DNA from: Lepidodermella squamata
Lineage: Eukaryota > Animalia > Gastrotricha
Assembly: GCA_047495785.1 (NCBI GenBank)
Contig: JBLDXI010000024.1
Location: 5,084,001 to 5,148,000, forward strand
Length of the DNA: 64,000 nucleotides
Direction: 5' to 3'
Shown: one piece after another, positions 34,395-48,154 of the stretch
Position numbering within the stretch: position 1 is the stretch's first letter
How the letters are laid out: each line of letters starts with the position of its first letter
Notes under the pieces: model-generated
Told to the model about the DNA's origin: nothing
Seen by the model: only the letters and a program-made list of their open reading frames with translations
Database searches by the model: none
Made by a program: the position numbers and the translations under genes

Positions 34395-37300
34395 AATTGC
34401 GCCACAGAAGCTGGCTAATCGCAGACTCGGCATCACCACTCAGCAATATGTAGCTTTTAACGCGAGCGTTGCCATGATCACGTTGTTGCCGTTACAGTTT
34501 GGCTGTAGCCGAGGTTAGATCGGCCTTCGCATAGAATATAAACAGAGCTGAACTGTCCTTCATCAATGATCCTCAGCCGCTTTAGCTCTGCCAACCCGCG
34601 ATAGCTCAGCTGGTAGAGCGGAGGACTGTAGATGCAACGCAGCTATCCTTAGGTCGGTGGTTCAAGTCCGCCTCGCGGGATTGCATGGTTTTTCACTTTC
34701 GTTGGGTAGCAGCTTTTCATTCGTTCGTCAGTAAAAATGCGCTGATAGATGTGCAAAGGCCCGTTGGTCTAGGGGTATGATTCTCGCTTTGGGTGCGAGA
34801 GGTCTCGGGTTCAAATCCCGGACGGGCCCAAGCTTTTTGAGCTAATAGCTGAAGCGGCAGCATTACAAAAGGTGTTTGCCATAACCTTGAGCGCATGTAA
34901 TGTTATCACAGCGGCATCGGTGGTTCAGTGGTAGAATTCTCGCCTGCCACGCGGGAGGCCCGGGTTCGATTCCCGGCCGATGCAAGCGACCCTGTTTTTT
35001 CATATCAGCTTCGATGTGCATCAGGCAAATTATGAGCGCAGCAAAATCAAAAGCACTGACAATTCAAGACGCTTCAGTCATCCTTGGTAGTATAGTGGTT
35101 AGTATCCCCGCCTGTCACGCGGGAGACCAGGGTTCGATTCCCTGCCAAGGAGTCAGCTTTTTTAGTTGCGGCGCATAGGTTTCGAGCCAATTTTTTGAGA
35201 AAATTGCTAAAAAGTTGATTGCCGCCCGATGTGGGGCTCGAACCCACGACCCTGGGATTAAGAGTCCCATGCTCTACCGACTGAGCTAACCGGGCTGAGG
35301 CGCTATCAATTGCCTAAGCCGACAATTATGAAGCAGTTGACTGCTGGCGAATGTTGACTGCCATCAAAAATACTCGAGGCTGCCAGGAGTCGAACCTGGA
35401 ATCTTCTGATCCGTAGTCAGACGCGTTGTCCATTGCGCCACAACCCCATTCGGTCGAAAGAAGGCTTGCAAGCGCTAATTAGCAGGCAGGAATGGGACTG
35501 AAGTGAAAAATGCATGTCAGAAGTGGGATTCGAACCCACGCCAGTAGAAACTGACTGCGACCTGAACGCAGCGCCTTGGACCGCTCGGCCATCCTGACGA
35601 GATGGTGGAATAGATTGCTGATATCCTGCAGACGGCATTTTGCAAAGCTAAGATATCGCAGAGCAAGTACAGCAAACAGCAAAGTCGTATAACTGTTGCC
35701 AATATAAAACTAGCCAGCTACGCCGATCGGGGTGTATCGTTTCTTAAACTGCTGAAGAAGCACTCAAGTCGCTATGCCCGAGTGGTTAAGGGGTCTGACT
35801 AGAAATCAGATGCGGTCTCCGCGCGTAGGTTCAAATCCTACTGGCGACGACAGTTATTTTTGCATTATAACGACTGAAACTCAGTTCTGCAGTTAGCCTC
35901 CAGAACAGTCCTCGCTTTCATCAGGCGTCAGTGGTGTAACGGTCAGCATGGTTGCCTTCCAAGCAGCCGATCCGGGTTCGACTCCCGGCTGACGCACACG
36001 TTTTTAGCTCACACGTTTGAAAGCAATTGCTAGTGACGAGATTAAAGCTGTCCTTCCCAAAACCAGCGTTCGAGAGGTCCCATGGTGTAGCGGTTAGCAC
36101 TCTGGACTCTGAATCCAGCGACTCGAGTTCGATTCTCGATGGGACCTTGATACGTTTTTTCAAACAAACTTTCAGCTCACTCACTCTCAGCTGATGGAAA
36201 CTTGCGATCGCAATATTTGTTACCATTCAAACCTTTTCTTTCACTAGCCTAGGGGGCATAGCTCAGTGGTAGAGCGTCTCATTCGCATTGTGAAGGTCTC
36301 GGGTTCAATCCCCGATGCCTCCAGTTGGCAATTTTTTCGCGTAACCTCTCGAAGATTAGTTGCTATATCGGTGAAAGTGACCAGAAATTACGCTAAAAAT
36401 GTGAAAATAGTGTCAGAAGTGGGGTTCGAACCCACGCCCTCTTTCGAGGACCAGATCTTGAGTCTGGCGCCTTAGACCGCTCGGCCATCCTGACCAGATG
36501 TAGCTACTCTGGGAAATTGTTGTAATCCATCCGAAAATATGAGAACTTTGGCCGTTTAAAGGGCGAGCGCATTGCATTGCCGCATCTATCGATAGGCGAA
36601 ATGGCTATCGCGTCGGACTTCGGATCCGAAGATTGTGGGTTCGAGTCCCATCAGCGTCGGCTCTATTTTTGCTGGCCTTTTCTTTCGGCTGAGCTGTTAT
36701 CATAGCAACAGAATTATCACTTGTCAAGCTGTCAAGAATAATCACAAGGGCCTTCCTAGCTCAGTCGGTAGAGCATGTGACTTTTAATCACAGGGTCGGG
36801 GGTTCGAGTCCCCCGGAGGGCGCAATATTTTTACCCAGGGTAACATGTTTATGGCATCGACCGGCTGCTAAGAAGACGAAGATCTCGAAGGGGGATTAGC
36901 TCAAATGGTAGAGCGCTCGCTTAGCATGCGAGAGGTAACGGGATCGACGCCCGTATCCTCCATATACTTTTTTCGGCAAGATAAAAAAGGCTGAAATGAG
37001 GAGACTGCGCTTGCGAAAATAAAGCAGTCAACCGCGGCTCAGTAGCTTAGTGGTAGAGCGTCTGCCTAGTAAGATGAAGATCGAGGGTTCGATCCCCCCC
37101 TGAGCCTGGTCTTGACACTTTTTGCAGCATTCGGAGGTCTTCCGTCCCTTTTATATAGCCATTTCATTCAGGATCAAAATTGGAAAGGCTAAAAGTGTTC
37201 CCTGACCGGGAATCGAACCCGGGCCGCCGCGGTGAAAGCGCGGAATCCTAACCACTAGACCATCAGGGAGGTGCAAAATCCCTGTTGTATGCGTAAACTG

Positions 37301-37699
37301 TGAAGAACTCAAATTATCAACGTCATCGCACCTTCAGCAACTCTGTGCAAAAAATAGAATGGGCCCGTTCGGGAATTGAACCCGAGACCTCTCGCACCCG
37401 AAGCGAGAATCATACCCCTAGACCAACGGGCCAACCTGACTTTACCCAATTGGCAACTGGCAACCAAAGACTTTATTAGAACGTCTCCAGCGTTTATGCA
37501 AAACATGCGATACGCCGAGACCCGGGATCGAACCAGGGACCTTTAGATCTTCAGTCTAACGCTCTCCCAACTGAGCTATCTCGGCTGTTATTTACAGCAG
37601 TGCTAAAGTCGAAGCTTAACTTGTAGCTTAGCTAGGGAGCTCAATGCAGGCTGCTATGACTTTGGCAGCAAATAAAAAACTGCGCTCCTGGGTGGGCTC

Positions 37700-37739
<40 letters not shown>

Positions 37740-40700
37740 AATTGCGCCACAGAAGCTGGCTAATCGCAGACTCGGCATCACCACTCAGCAATATGTAGCT
37801 TTTAACGCGAGCGTTGCCATGATCACGTTGTTGCCGTTACAGTTTGGCTGTAGCCGAGGTTAGATCGGCCTTCGCATAGAATATAAACAGAGCTGAACTG
37901 TCCTTCATCAATGATCCTCAGCCGCTTTAGCTCTGCCAACCCGCGATAGCTCAGCTGGTAGAGCGGAGGACTGTAGATGCAACGCAGCTATCCTTAGGTC
38001 GGTGGTTCAAGTCCGCCTCGCGGGATTGCATGGTTTTTCACTTTCGTTGGGTAGCAGCTTTTCATTCGTTCGTCAGTAAAAATGCGCTGATAGATGTGCA
38101 AAGGCCCGTTGGTCTAGGGGTATGATTCTCGCTTTGGGTGCGAGAGGTCTCGGGTTCAAATCCCGGACGGGCCCAAGCTTTTTGAGCTAATAGCTGAAGC
38201 GGCAGCATTACAAAAGGTGTTTGCCATAACCTTGAGCGCATGTAATGTTATCACAGCGGCATCGGTGGTTCAGTGGTAGAATTCTCGCCTGCCACGCGGG
38301 AGGCCCGGGTTCGATTCCCGGCCGATGCAAGCGACCCTGTTTTTTCATATCAGCTTCGATGTGCATCAGGCAAATTATGAGCGCAGCAAAATCAAAAGCA
38401 CTGACAATTCAAGACGCTTCAGTCATCCTTGGTAGTATAGTGGTTAGTATCCCCGCCTGTCACGCGGGAGACCAGGGTTCGATTCCCTGCCAAGGAGTCA
38501 GCTTTTTTAGTTGCGGCGCATAGGTTTCGAGCCAATTTTTTGAGAAAATTGCTAAAAAGTTGATTGCCGCCCGATGTGGGGCTCGAACCCACGACCCTGG
38601 GATTAAGAGTCCCATGCTCTACCGACTGAGCTAACCGGGCTGAGGCGCTATCAATTGCCTAAGCCGACAATTATGAAGCAGTTGACTGCTGGCGAATGTT
38701 GACTGCCATCAAAAATACTCGAGGCTGCCAGGAGTCGAACCTGGAATCTTCTGATCCGTAGTCAGACGCGTTGTCCATTGCGCCACAACCCCATTCGGTC
38801 GAAAGAAGGCTTGCAAGCGCTAATTAGCAGGCAGGAATGGGACTGAAGTGAAAAATGCATGTCAGAAGTGGGATTCGAACCCACGCCAGTAGAAACTGAC
38901 TGCGACCTGAACGCAGCGCCTTGGACCGCTCGGCCATCCTGACGAGATGGTGGAATAGATTGCTGATATCCTGCAGACGGCATTTTGCAAAGCTAAGATA
39001 TCGCAGAGCAAGTACAGCAAACAGCAAAGTCGTATAACTGTTGCCAATATAAAACTAGCCAGCTACGCCGATCGGGGTGTATCGTTTCTTAAACTGCTGA
39101 AGAAGCACTCAAGTCGCTATGCCCGAGTGGTTAAGGGGTCTGACTAGAAATCAGATGCGGTCTCCGCGCGTAGGTTCAAATCCTACTGGCGACGACAGTT
39201 ATTTTTGCATTATAACGACTGAAACTCAGTTCTGCAGTTAGCCTCCAGAACAGTCCTCGCTTTCATCAGGCGTCAGTGGTGTAACGGTCAGCATGGTTGC
39301 CTTCCAAGCAGCCGATCCGGGTTCGACTCCCGGCTGACGCACACGTTTTTAGCTCACACGTTTGAAAGCAATTGCTAGTGACGAGATTAAAGCTGTCCTT
39401 CCCAAAACCAGCGTTCGAGAGGTCCCATGGTGTAGCGGTTAGCACTCTGGACTCTGAATCCAGCGACTCGAGTTCGATTCTCGATGGGACCTTGATACGT
39501 TTTTTCAAACAAACTTTCAGCTCACTCACTCTCAGCTGATGGAAACTTGCGATCGCAATATTTGTTACCATTCAAACCTTTTCTTTCACTAGCCTAGGGG
39601 GCATAGCTCAGTGGTAGAGCGTCTCATTCGCATTGTGAAGGTCTCGGGTTCAATCCCCGATGCCTCCAGTTGGCAATTTTTTCGCGTAACCTCTCGAAGA
39701 TTAGTTGCTATATCGGTGAAAGTGACCAGAAATTACGCTAAAAATGTGAAAATAGTGTCAGAAGTGGGGTTCGAACCCACGCCCTCTTTCGAGGACCAGA
39801 TCTTGAGTCTGGCGCCTTAGACCGCTCGGCCATCCTGACCAGATGTAGCTACTCTGGGAAATTGTTGTAATCCATCCGAAAATATGAGAACTTTGGCCGT
39901 TTAAAGGGCGAGCGCATTGCATTGCCGCATCTATCGATAGGCGAAATGGCTATCGCGTCGGACTTCGGATCCGAAGATTGTGGGTTCGAGTCCCATCAGC
40001 GTCGGCTCTATTTTTGCTGGCCTTTTCTTTCGGCTGAGCTGTTATCATAGCAACAGAATTATCACTTGTCAAGCTGTCAAGAATAATCACAAGGGCCTTC
40101 CTAGCTCAGTCGGTAGAGCATGTGACTTTTAATCACAGGGTCGGGGGTTCGAGTCCCCCGGAGGGCGCAATATTTTTACCCAGGGTAACATGTTTATGGC
40201 ATCGACCGGCTGCTAAGAAGACGAAGATCTCGAAGGGGGATTAGCTCAAATGGTAGAGCGCTCGCTTAGCATGCGAGAGGTAACGGGATCGACGCCCGTA
40301 TCCTCCATATACTTTTTTCGGCAAGATAAAAAAGGCTGAAATGAGGAGACTGCGCTTGCGAAAATAAAGCAGTCAACCGCGGCTCAGTAGCTTAGTGGTA
40401 GAGCGTCTGCCTAGTAAGCAGAAGATCGAGGGTTCGATCCCCCCCTGAGCCTGGTCTTGACACTTTTTGCAGCATTCGGAGGTCTTCCGTCCCTTTTATA
40501 TAGCCATTTCATTCAGGATCAAAATTGGAAAGGCTAAAAGTGTTCCCTGACCGGGAATCGAACCCGGGCCGCCGCGGTGAAAGCGCGGAATCCTAACCAC
40601 TAGACCATCAGGGAGGTGCAAAATCCCTGTTGTATGCGTAAACTGTGAAGAACTCAAATTATCAACGTCATCGCACCTTCAGCAACTCTGTGCAAAAAAT

Positions 40701-40857
40701 AGAATGGGCCCGTTCGGGAATTGAACCCGAGACCTCTCGCACCCGAAGCGAGAATCATACCCCTAGACCAACGGGCCAACCTGACTTTACCCAATTGGCA
40801 ACTGGCAACCAAAGACTTTATTAGAACGTCTCCAGCGTTTATGCAAAACATGCGATA

Positions 40858-40923
40858 CGCCGAGACCCGGGATCGAACCAGGGACCTTTAGATCTTCAGT
40901 CTAACGCTCTCCCAACTCTCGGC
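40858..40923 (-). pseudogene. tRNA-Phe(GAA) pseudogene with 7-nt A-box/D-stem deletion
   Basis: + strand reads CCCAACTCTCGGC instead of CCCAACTGAGCTATCTCGGC, so TAGCTCA (tRNA positions about 8-14) is missing. Confidence 0.88.
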
Positions 40924-41037
40924 TGTTATTTACAGCAGTGCTAAAGTCGAAGCTTAACTTGTAGCTTAGCTAGGGAGCTCAATGCAGGCTGCTATGACTT
41001 TGGCAGCAAATAAAAAACTGCGCTCCTGGGTGGGCTC

Positions 41038-41077
<40 letters not shown>

Positions 41078-42201
41078 AATTGCGCCACAGAAGCTGGCTA
41101 ATCGCAGACTCGGCATCACCACTCAGCAATATGTAGCTTTTAACGCGAGCGTTGCCATGATCACGTTGTTGCCGTTACAGTTTGGCTGTAGCCGAGGTTA
41201 GATCGGCCTTCGCATAGAATATAAACAGAGCTGAACTGTCCTTCATCAATGATCCTCAGCCGCTTTAGCTCTGCCAACCCGCGATAGCTCAGCTGGTAGA
41301 GCGGAGGACTGTAGATGCAACGCAGCTATCCTTAGGTCGGTGGTTCAAGTCCGCCTCGCGGGATTGCATGGTTTTTCACTTTCGTTGGGTAGCAGCTTTT
41401 CATTCGTTCGTCAGTAAAAATGCGCTGATAGATGTGCAAAGGCCCGTTGGTCTAGGGGTATGATTCTCGCTTTGGGTGCGAGAGGTCTCGGGTTCAAATC
41501 CCGGACGGGCCCAAGCTTTTTGAGCTAATAGCTGAAGCGGCAGCATTACAAAAGGTGTTTGCCATAACCTTGAGCGCATGTAATGTTATCACAGCGGCAT
41601 CGGTGGTTCAGTGGTAGAATTCTCGCCTGCCACGCGGGAGGCCCGGGTTCGATTCCCGGCCGATGCAAGCGACCCTGTTTTTTCATATCAGCTTCGATGT
41701 GCATCAGGCAAATTATGAGCGCAGCAAAATCAAAAGCACTGACAATTCAAGACGCTTCAGTCATCCTTGGTAGTATAGTGGTTAGTATCCCCGCCTGTCA
41801 CGCGGGAGACCAGGGTTCGATTCCCTGCCAAGGAGTCAGCTTTTTTAGTTGCGGCGCATAGGTTTCGAGCCAATTTTTTGAGAAAATTGCTAAAAAGTTG
41901 ATTGCCGCCCGATGTGGGGCTCGAACCCACGACCCTGGGATTAAGAGTCCCATGCTCTACCGACTGAGCTAACCGGGCTGAGGCGCTATCAATTGCCTAA
42001 GCCGACAATTATGAAGCAGTTGACTGCTGGCGAATGTTGACTGCCATCAAAAATACTCGAGGCTGCCAGGAGTCGAACCTGGAATCTTCTGATCCGTAGT
42101 CAGACGCGTTGTCCATTGCGCCACAACCCCATTCGGTGGAAAGAAGGCTTGCAAGCGCTAATTAGCAGGCAGGAATGGGACTGAAGTGAAAAATGTCAGT
42201 G

Positions 42202-42273
42202 GTGTCAGTGGTGTAACGGTCAGCATGGTTGCCTTCCAAGCAGCCGATCCGGGTTCGACTCCCGGCTGACGCA
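42202..42273 (+). tRNA. tRNA-Gly(TCC) junction variant (C2 to U)
   Basis: 5' end reads GTGTCAG at a deletion junction that removed Leu-CAG and Ser-AGA; the rest of the gene is unchanged. Confidence 0.85.
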
Positions 42274-43979
42274 CACGTTTTTAGCTCACACGTTTGAAAG
42301 CAATTGCTAGTGACGAGATTAAAGCTGTCCTTCCCAAAACCAGCGTTCGAGAGGTCCCATGGTGTAGCGGTTAGCACTCTGGACTCTGAATCCAGCGACT
42401 CGAGTTCGATTCTCGATGGGACCTTGATACGTTTTTTCAAACAAACTTTCAGCTCACTCACTCTCAGCTGATGGAAACTTGCGATCGCAATATTTGTTAC
42501 CATTCAAACCTTTTCTTTCACTAGCCTAGGGGGCATAGCTCAGTGGTAGAGCGTCTCATTCGCATTGTGAAGGTCTCGGGTTCAATCCCCGATGCCTCCA
42601 GTTGGCAATTTTTTCGCGTAACCTCTCGAAGATTAGTTGCTATATCGGTGAAAGTGACCAGAAATTACGCTAAAAATGTGAAAATAGTGTCAGAAGTGGG
42701 GTTCGAACCCACGCCCTCTTTCGAGGACCAGATCTTGAGTCTGGCGCCTTAGACCGCTCGGCCATCCTGACCAGATGTAGCTACTCTGGGAAATTGTTGT
42801 AATCCATCCGAAAATATGAGAAATTTGGCCGTTTAAAGGGCGAGCGCATTGCATTGCCGCATCTATCGATAGGCGAAATGGCTATCGCGTCGGACTTCGG
42901 ATCCGAAGATTGTGGGTTCGAGTCCCGTCAGCGTCGGCTCTATTTTTGCTGGCCTTTTCGGCTGAGCTGTTATCATAGCAACAGAATTATCACTTGTCAA
43001 GCTGTCAAGCTGTCAAGAATAATCACAAGGGCCTTCCTAGCTCAGTCGGTAGAGCATGTGACTTTTAATCACAGGGTCGGGGGTTCGAGTCCCCCGGAGG
43101 GCGCAATATTTTTACCCAGGGTAACATGTTTATGGCATCGACCGGCTGCTAAGAAGACGAAGATCTCGAAGGGGGATTAGCTCAAATGGTAGAGCGCTCG
43201 CTTAGCATGCGAGAGGTAACGGGATCGACGCCCGTATCCTCCATATACTTTTTTCGGCAAGATAAAAAAGGCTGAAATGAGGAGACTGCGCTTGCGAAAA
43301 TAAAGCAGTCAACCGCGGCTCAGTAGCTTAGTGGTAGAGCGTCTGCCTAGTAAGCAGAAGATCGAGGGTTCGATCCCCCCTGAGCCTGGTCTTGACACTT
43401 TTTGCAGCATTCGGAGGTCTTCCGTCCCTTTTATATAGCCATTTCATTCAGGATCAAAATTGGAAAGGCTAAAAGTGTTCCCTGACCGGGAATCGAACCC
43501 GGGCCGCCGCGGTGAAAGCGCGGAATCCTAACCACTAGACCATCAGGGAGGTGCAAAATCCCTGTTGTATGCGTAAACTGTGAAGAACTCAAATTATCAA
43601 CGTCATCGCACCTTCAGCAACTCTGTGCAAAAAATAGAATGGGCCCGTTCGGGAATTGAACCCGAGACCTCTCGCACCCGAAGCGAGAATCATACCCCTA
43701 GACCAACGGGCCAACCTGACTTTACCCAATTGGCAACTGGCAACCAAAGACTTTATTAGAACGTCTCCAGCGTTTATGCAAAACATGCGATACGCCGAGA
43801 CCCGGGATCGAACCAGGGACCTTTAGATCTTCAGTCTAACGCTCTCCCAACTGAGCTATCTCGGCTGTTATTTACAGCAGTGCTAAAGTCGAAGCTTAAC
43901 TTGTAGCTTAGCTAGGGAGCTCAATGCAGGCTGCTATGACTTTGGCAGCAAATAAAAAACTGCGCTCCTGGGTGGGCTC

Positions 43980-44019
<40 letters not shown>

Positions 44020-45143
44020 AATTGCGCCACAGAAGCTGGCTAATCGCAGACTCGGCATCACCACTCAGCAATATGTAGCTTTTAACGCGAGCGTTGCCAT
44101 GATCACGTTGTTGCCGTTACAGTTTGGCTGTAGCCGAGGTTAGATCGGCCTTCGCATAGAATATAAACAGAGCTGAACTGTCCTTCATCAATGATCCTCA
44201 GCCGCTTTAGCTCTGCCAACCCGCGATAGCTCAGCTGGTAGAGCGGAGGACTGTAGATGCAACGCAGCTATCCTTAGGTCGGTGGTTCAAGTCCGCCTCG
44301 CGGGATTGCATGGTTTTTCACTTTCGTTGGGTAGCAGCTTTTCATTCGTTCGTCAGTAAAAATGCGCTGATAGATGTGCAAAGGCCCGTTGGTCTAGGGG
44401 TATGATTCTCGCTTTGGGTGCGAGAGGTCTCGGGTTCAAATCCCGGACGGGCCCAAGCTTTTTGAGCTAATAGCTGAAGCGGCAGCATTACAAAAGGTGT
44501 TTGCCATAACCTTGAGCGCATGTAATGTTATCACAGCGGCATCGGTGGTTCAGTGGTAGAATTCTCGCCTGCCACGCGGGAGGCCCGGGTTCGATTCCCG
44601 GCCGATGCAAGCGACCCTGTTTTTTCATATCAGCTTCGATGTGCATCAGGCAAATTATGAGCGCAGCAAAATCAAAAGCACTGACAATTCAAGACGCTTC
44701 AGTCATCCTTGGTAGTATAGTGGTTAGTATCCCCGCCTGTCACGCGGGAGACCAGGGTTCGATTCCCTGCCAAGGAGTCAGCTTTTTTAGTTGCGGCGCA
44801 TAGGTTTCGAGCCAATTTTTTGAGAAAATTGCTAAAAAGTTTATTGCCGCCCGATGTGGGGCTCGAACCCACGACCCTGGGATTAAGAGTCCCATGCTCT
44901 ACCGACTGAGCTAACCGGGCTGAGGCGCTATCAATTGCCTAAGCCGACAATTATGAAGCAGTTGACTGCTGGCGAATGTTGACTGCCATCAAAAATACTC
45001 GAGGCTGCCAGGAGTCGAACCTGGAATCTTCTGATCCGTAGTCAGACGCGTTGTCCATTGCGCCACAACCCCATTCGGTGGAAAGAAGGCTTGCAAGCGC
45101 TAATTAGCAGGCAGGAATGGGACTGAAGTGAAAAATGTCAGTG

Positions 45144-45215
45144 GTGTCAGTGGTGTAACGGTCAGCATGGTTGCCTTCCAAGCAGCCGATCCGGGTTCGA
45201 CTCCCGGCTGACGCA
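45144..45215 (+). tRNA. tRNA-Gly(TCC) junction variant (C2 to U)
   Basis: Same junction as at 42202. Confidence 0.85.
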
Positions 45216-45805
45216 CACGTTTTTAGCTCACACGTTTGAAAGCAATTGCTAGTGACGAGATTAAAGCTGTCCTTCCCAAAACCAGCGTTCGAGAGGTCCC
45301 ATGGTGTAGCGGTTAGCACTCTGGACTCTGAATCCAGCGACTCGAGTTCGATTCTCGATGGGACCTTGATACGTTTTTTCAAACAAACTTTCAGCTCACT
45401 CACTCTCAGCTGATGGAAACTTGCGATCGCAATATTTGTTACCATTCAAACCTTTTCTTTCACTAGCCTAGGGGGCATAGCTCAGTGGTAGAGCGTCTCA
45501 TTCGCATTGTGAAGGTCTCGGGTTCAATCCCCGATGCCTCCAGTTGGCAATTTTTTCGCGTAACCTCTCGAAGATTAGTTGCTATATCGGTGAAAGTGAC
45601 CAGAAATTACGCTAAAAATGTGAAAATAGTGTCAGAAGTGGGGTTCGAACCCACGCCCTCTTTCGAGGACCAGATCTTGAGTCTGGCGCCTTAGACCGCT
45701 CGGCCATCCTGACCAGATGTAGCTACTCTGGGAAATTGTTGTAATCCATCCGAAAATATGAGAAATTTGGCCGTTTAAAGGGCGAGCGCATTGCATTGCC
45801 GCATA

Positions 45806-45878
45806 GGCGCTGTGGCGAAATGGCTATCGCGTCGGACTTCGGATCCGAAGATTGTGGGTTCGAGTCCCATCAGCGTCG
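45806..45878 (+). tRNA. tRNA-Arg(TCG), intact
   Basis: GGCGCTG/CAGCGTC acceptor, TG at positions 8-9, GCGA/TCGC D stem, TCG anticodon. Confidence 0.94.
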
Positions 45879-46918
45879 GCTCTATTTTTGCTGGCCTTTT
45901 CTTTCGGCTGAGCTGTTATCATAGCAACAGAATTATCACTTGTCAAGCTGTCAAGAATAATCACAAGGGCCTTCCTAGCTCAGTCGGTAGAGCATGTGAC
46001 TTTTAATCACAGGGTCGGGGGTTCGAGTCCCCCGGAGGGCGCAATATTTTTACCCAGGGTAACATGTTTATGGCATCGACCGGCTGCTAAGAAGACGAAG
46101 ATCTCGAAGGGGGATTAGCTCAAATGGTAGAGCGCTCGCTTAGCATGCGAGAGGTAACGGGATCGACGCCCGTATCCTCCATATACTTTTTTCGGCAAGA
46201 TAAAAAAGGCTGAAATGAGGAGACTGCGCTTGCGAAAATAAAGCAGTCAACCGCGGCTCAGTAGCTTAGTGGTAGAGCGTCTGCCTAGTAAGCAGAAGAT
46301 CGAGGGTTCGATCCCCCCCTGAGCCTGGTCTTGACACTTTTTGCAGCATTCGGAGGTCTTCCGTCCCTTTTATATAGCCATTTCATTCAGGATCAAAATT
46401 GGAAAGGCTAAAAGTGTTCCCTGACCGGGAATCGAACCCGGGCCGCCGCGGTGAAAGCGCGGAATCCTAACCACTAGACCATCAGGGAGGTGCAAAATCC
46501 CTGTTGTATGCGTAAACTGTGAAGAACTCAAATTATCAACGTCATCGCACCTTCAGCAACTCTGTGCAAAAAATAGAATGGGCCCGTTCGGGAATTGAAC
46601 CCGAGACCTCTCGCACCCGAAGCGAGAATCATACCCCTAGACCAACGGGCCAACCTGACTTTACCCAATTGGCAACTGGCAACCAAAGACTTTATTAGAA
46701 CGTCTCCAGCGTTTATGCAAAACATGCGATACGCCGAGACCCGGGATCGAACCAGGGACCTTTAGATCTTCAGTCTAACGCTCTCCCAACTGAGCTATCT
46801 CGGCTGTTATTTACAGCAGTGCTAAAGTCGAAGCTTAACTTGTAGCTTAGCTAGGGAGCTCAATGCAGGCTGCTATGACTTTGGCAGCAAATAAAAAACT
46901 GCGCTCCTGGGTGGGCTC

Positions 46919-46958
<40 letters not shown>

Positions 46959-48082
46959 AATTGCGCCACAGAAGCTGGCTAATCGCAGACTCGGCATCAC
47001 CACTCAGCAATATGTAGCTTTTAACGCGAGCGTTGCCATGATCACGTTGTTGCCGTTACAGTTTGGCTGTAGCCGAGGTTAGATCGGCCTTCGCATAGAA
47101 TATAAACAGAGCTGAACTGTCCTTCATCAATGATCCTCAGCCGCTTTAGCTCTGCCAACCCGCGATAGCTCAGCTGGTAGAGCGGAGGACTGTAGATGCA
47201 ACGCAGCTATCCTTAGGTCGGTGGTTCAAGTCCGCCTCGCGGGATTGCATGGTTTTTCACTTTCGTTGGGTAGCAGCTTTTCATTCGTTCGTCAGTAAAA
47301 ATGCGCTGATAGATGTGCAAAGGCCCGTTGGTCTAGGGGTATGATTCTCGCTTTGGGTGCGAGAGGTCTCGGGTTCAAATCCCGGACGGGCCCAAGCTTT
47401 TTGAGCTAATAGCTGAAGCGGCAGCATTACAAAAGGTGTTTGCCATAACCTTGAGCGCATGTAATGTTATCACAGCGGCATCGGTGGTTCAGTGGTAGAA
47501 TTCTCGCCTGCCACGCGGGAGGCCCGGGTTCGATTCCCGGCCGATGCAAGCGACCCTGTTTTTTCATATCAGCTTCGATGTGCATCAGGCAAATTATGAG
47601 CGCAGCAAAATCAAAAGCACTGACAATTCAAGACGCTTCAGTCATCCTTGGTAGTATAGTGGTTAGTATCCCCGCCTGTCACGCGGGAGACCAGGGTTCG
47701 ATTCCCTGCCAAGGAGTCAGCTTTTTTAGTTGCGGCGCATAGGTTTCGAGCCAATTTTTTGAGAAAATTGCTAAAAAGTTGATTGCCGCCCGATGTGGGG
47801 CTCGAACCCACGACCCTGGGATTAAGAGTCCCATGCTCTACCGACTGAGCTAACCGGGCTGAGGCGCTATCAATTGCCTAAGCCGACAATTATGAAGCAG
47901 TTGACTGCTGGCGAATGTTGACTGCCATCAAAAATACTCGAGGCTGCCAGGAGTCGAACCTGGAATCTTCTGATCCGTAGTCAGACGCGTTGTCCATTGC
48001 GCCACAACCCCATTCGGTGGAAAGAAGGCTTGCAAGCGCTAATTAGCAGGCAGGAATGGGACTGAAGTGAAAAATGTCAGTG

Positions 48083-48154
48083 GTGTCAGTGGTGTAACGG
48101 TCAGCATGGTTGCCTTCCAAGCAGCCGATCCGGGTTCGACTCCCGGCTGACGCA
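48083..48154 (+). tRNA. tRNA-Gly(TCC) junction variant (C2 to U)
   Basis: Same junction as at 42202. Confidence 0.85.
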
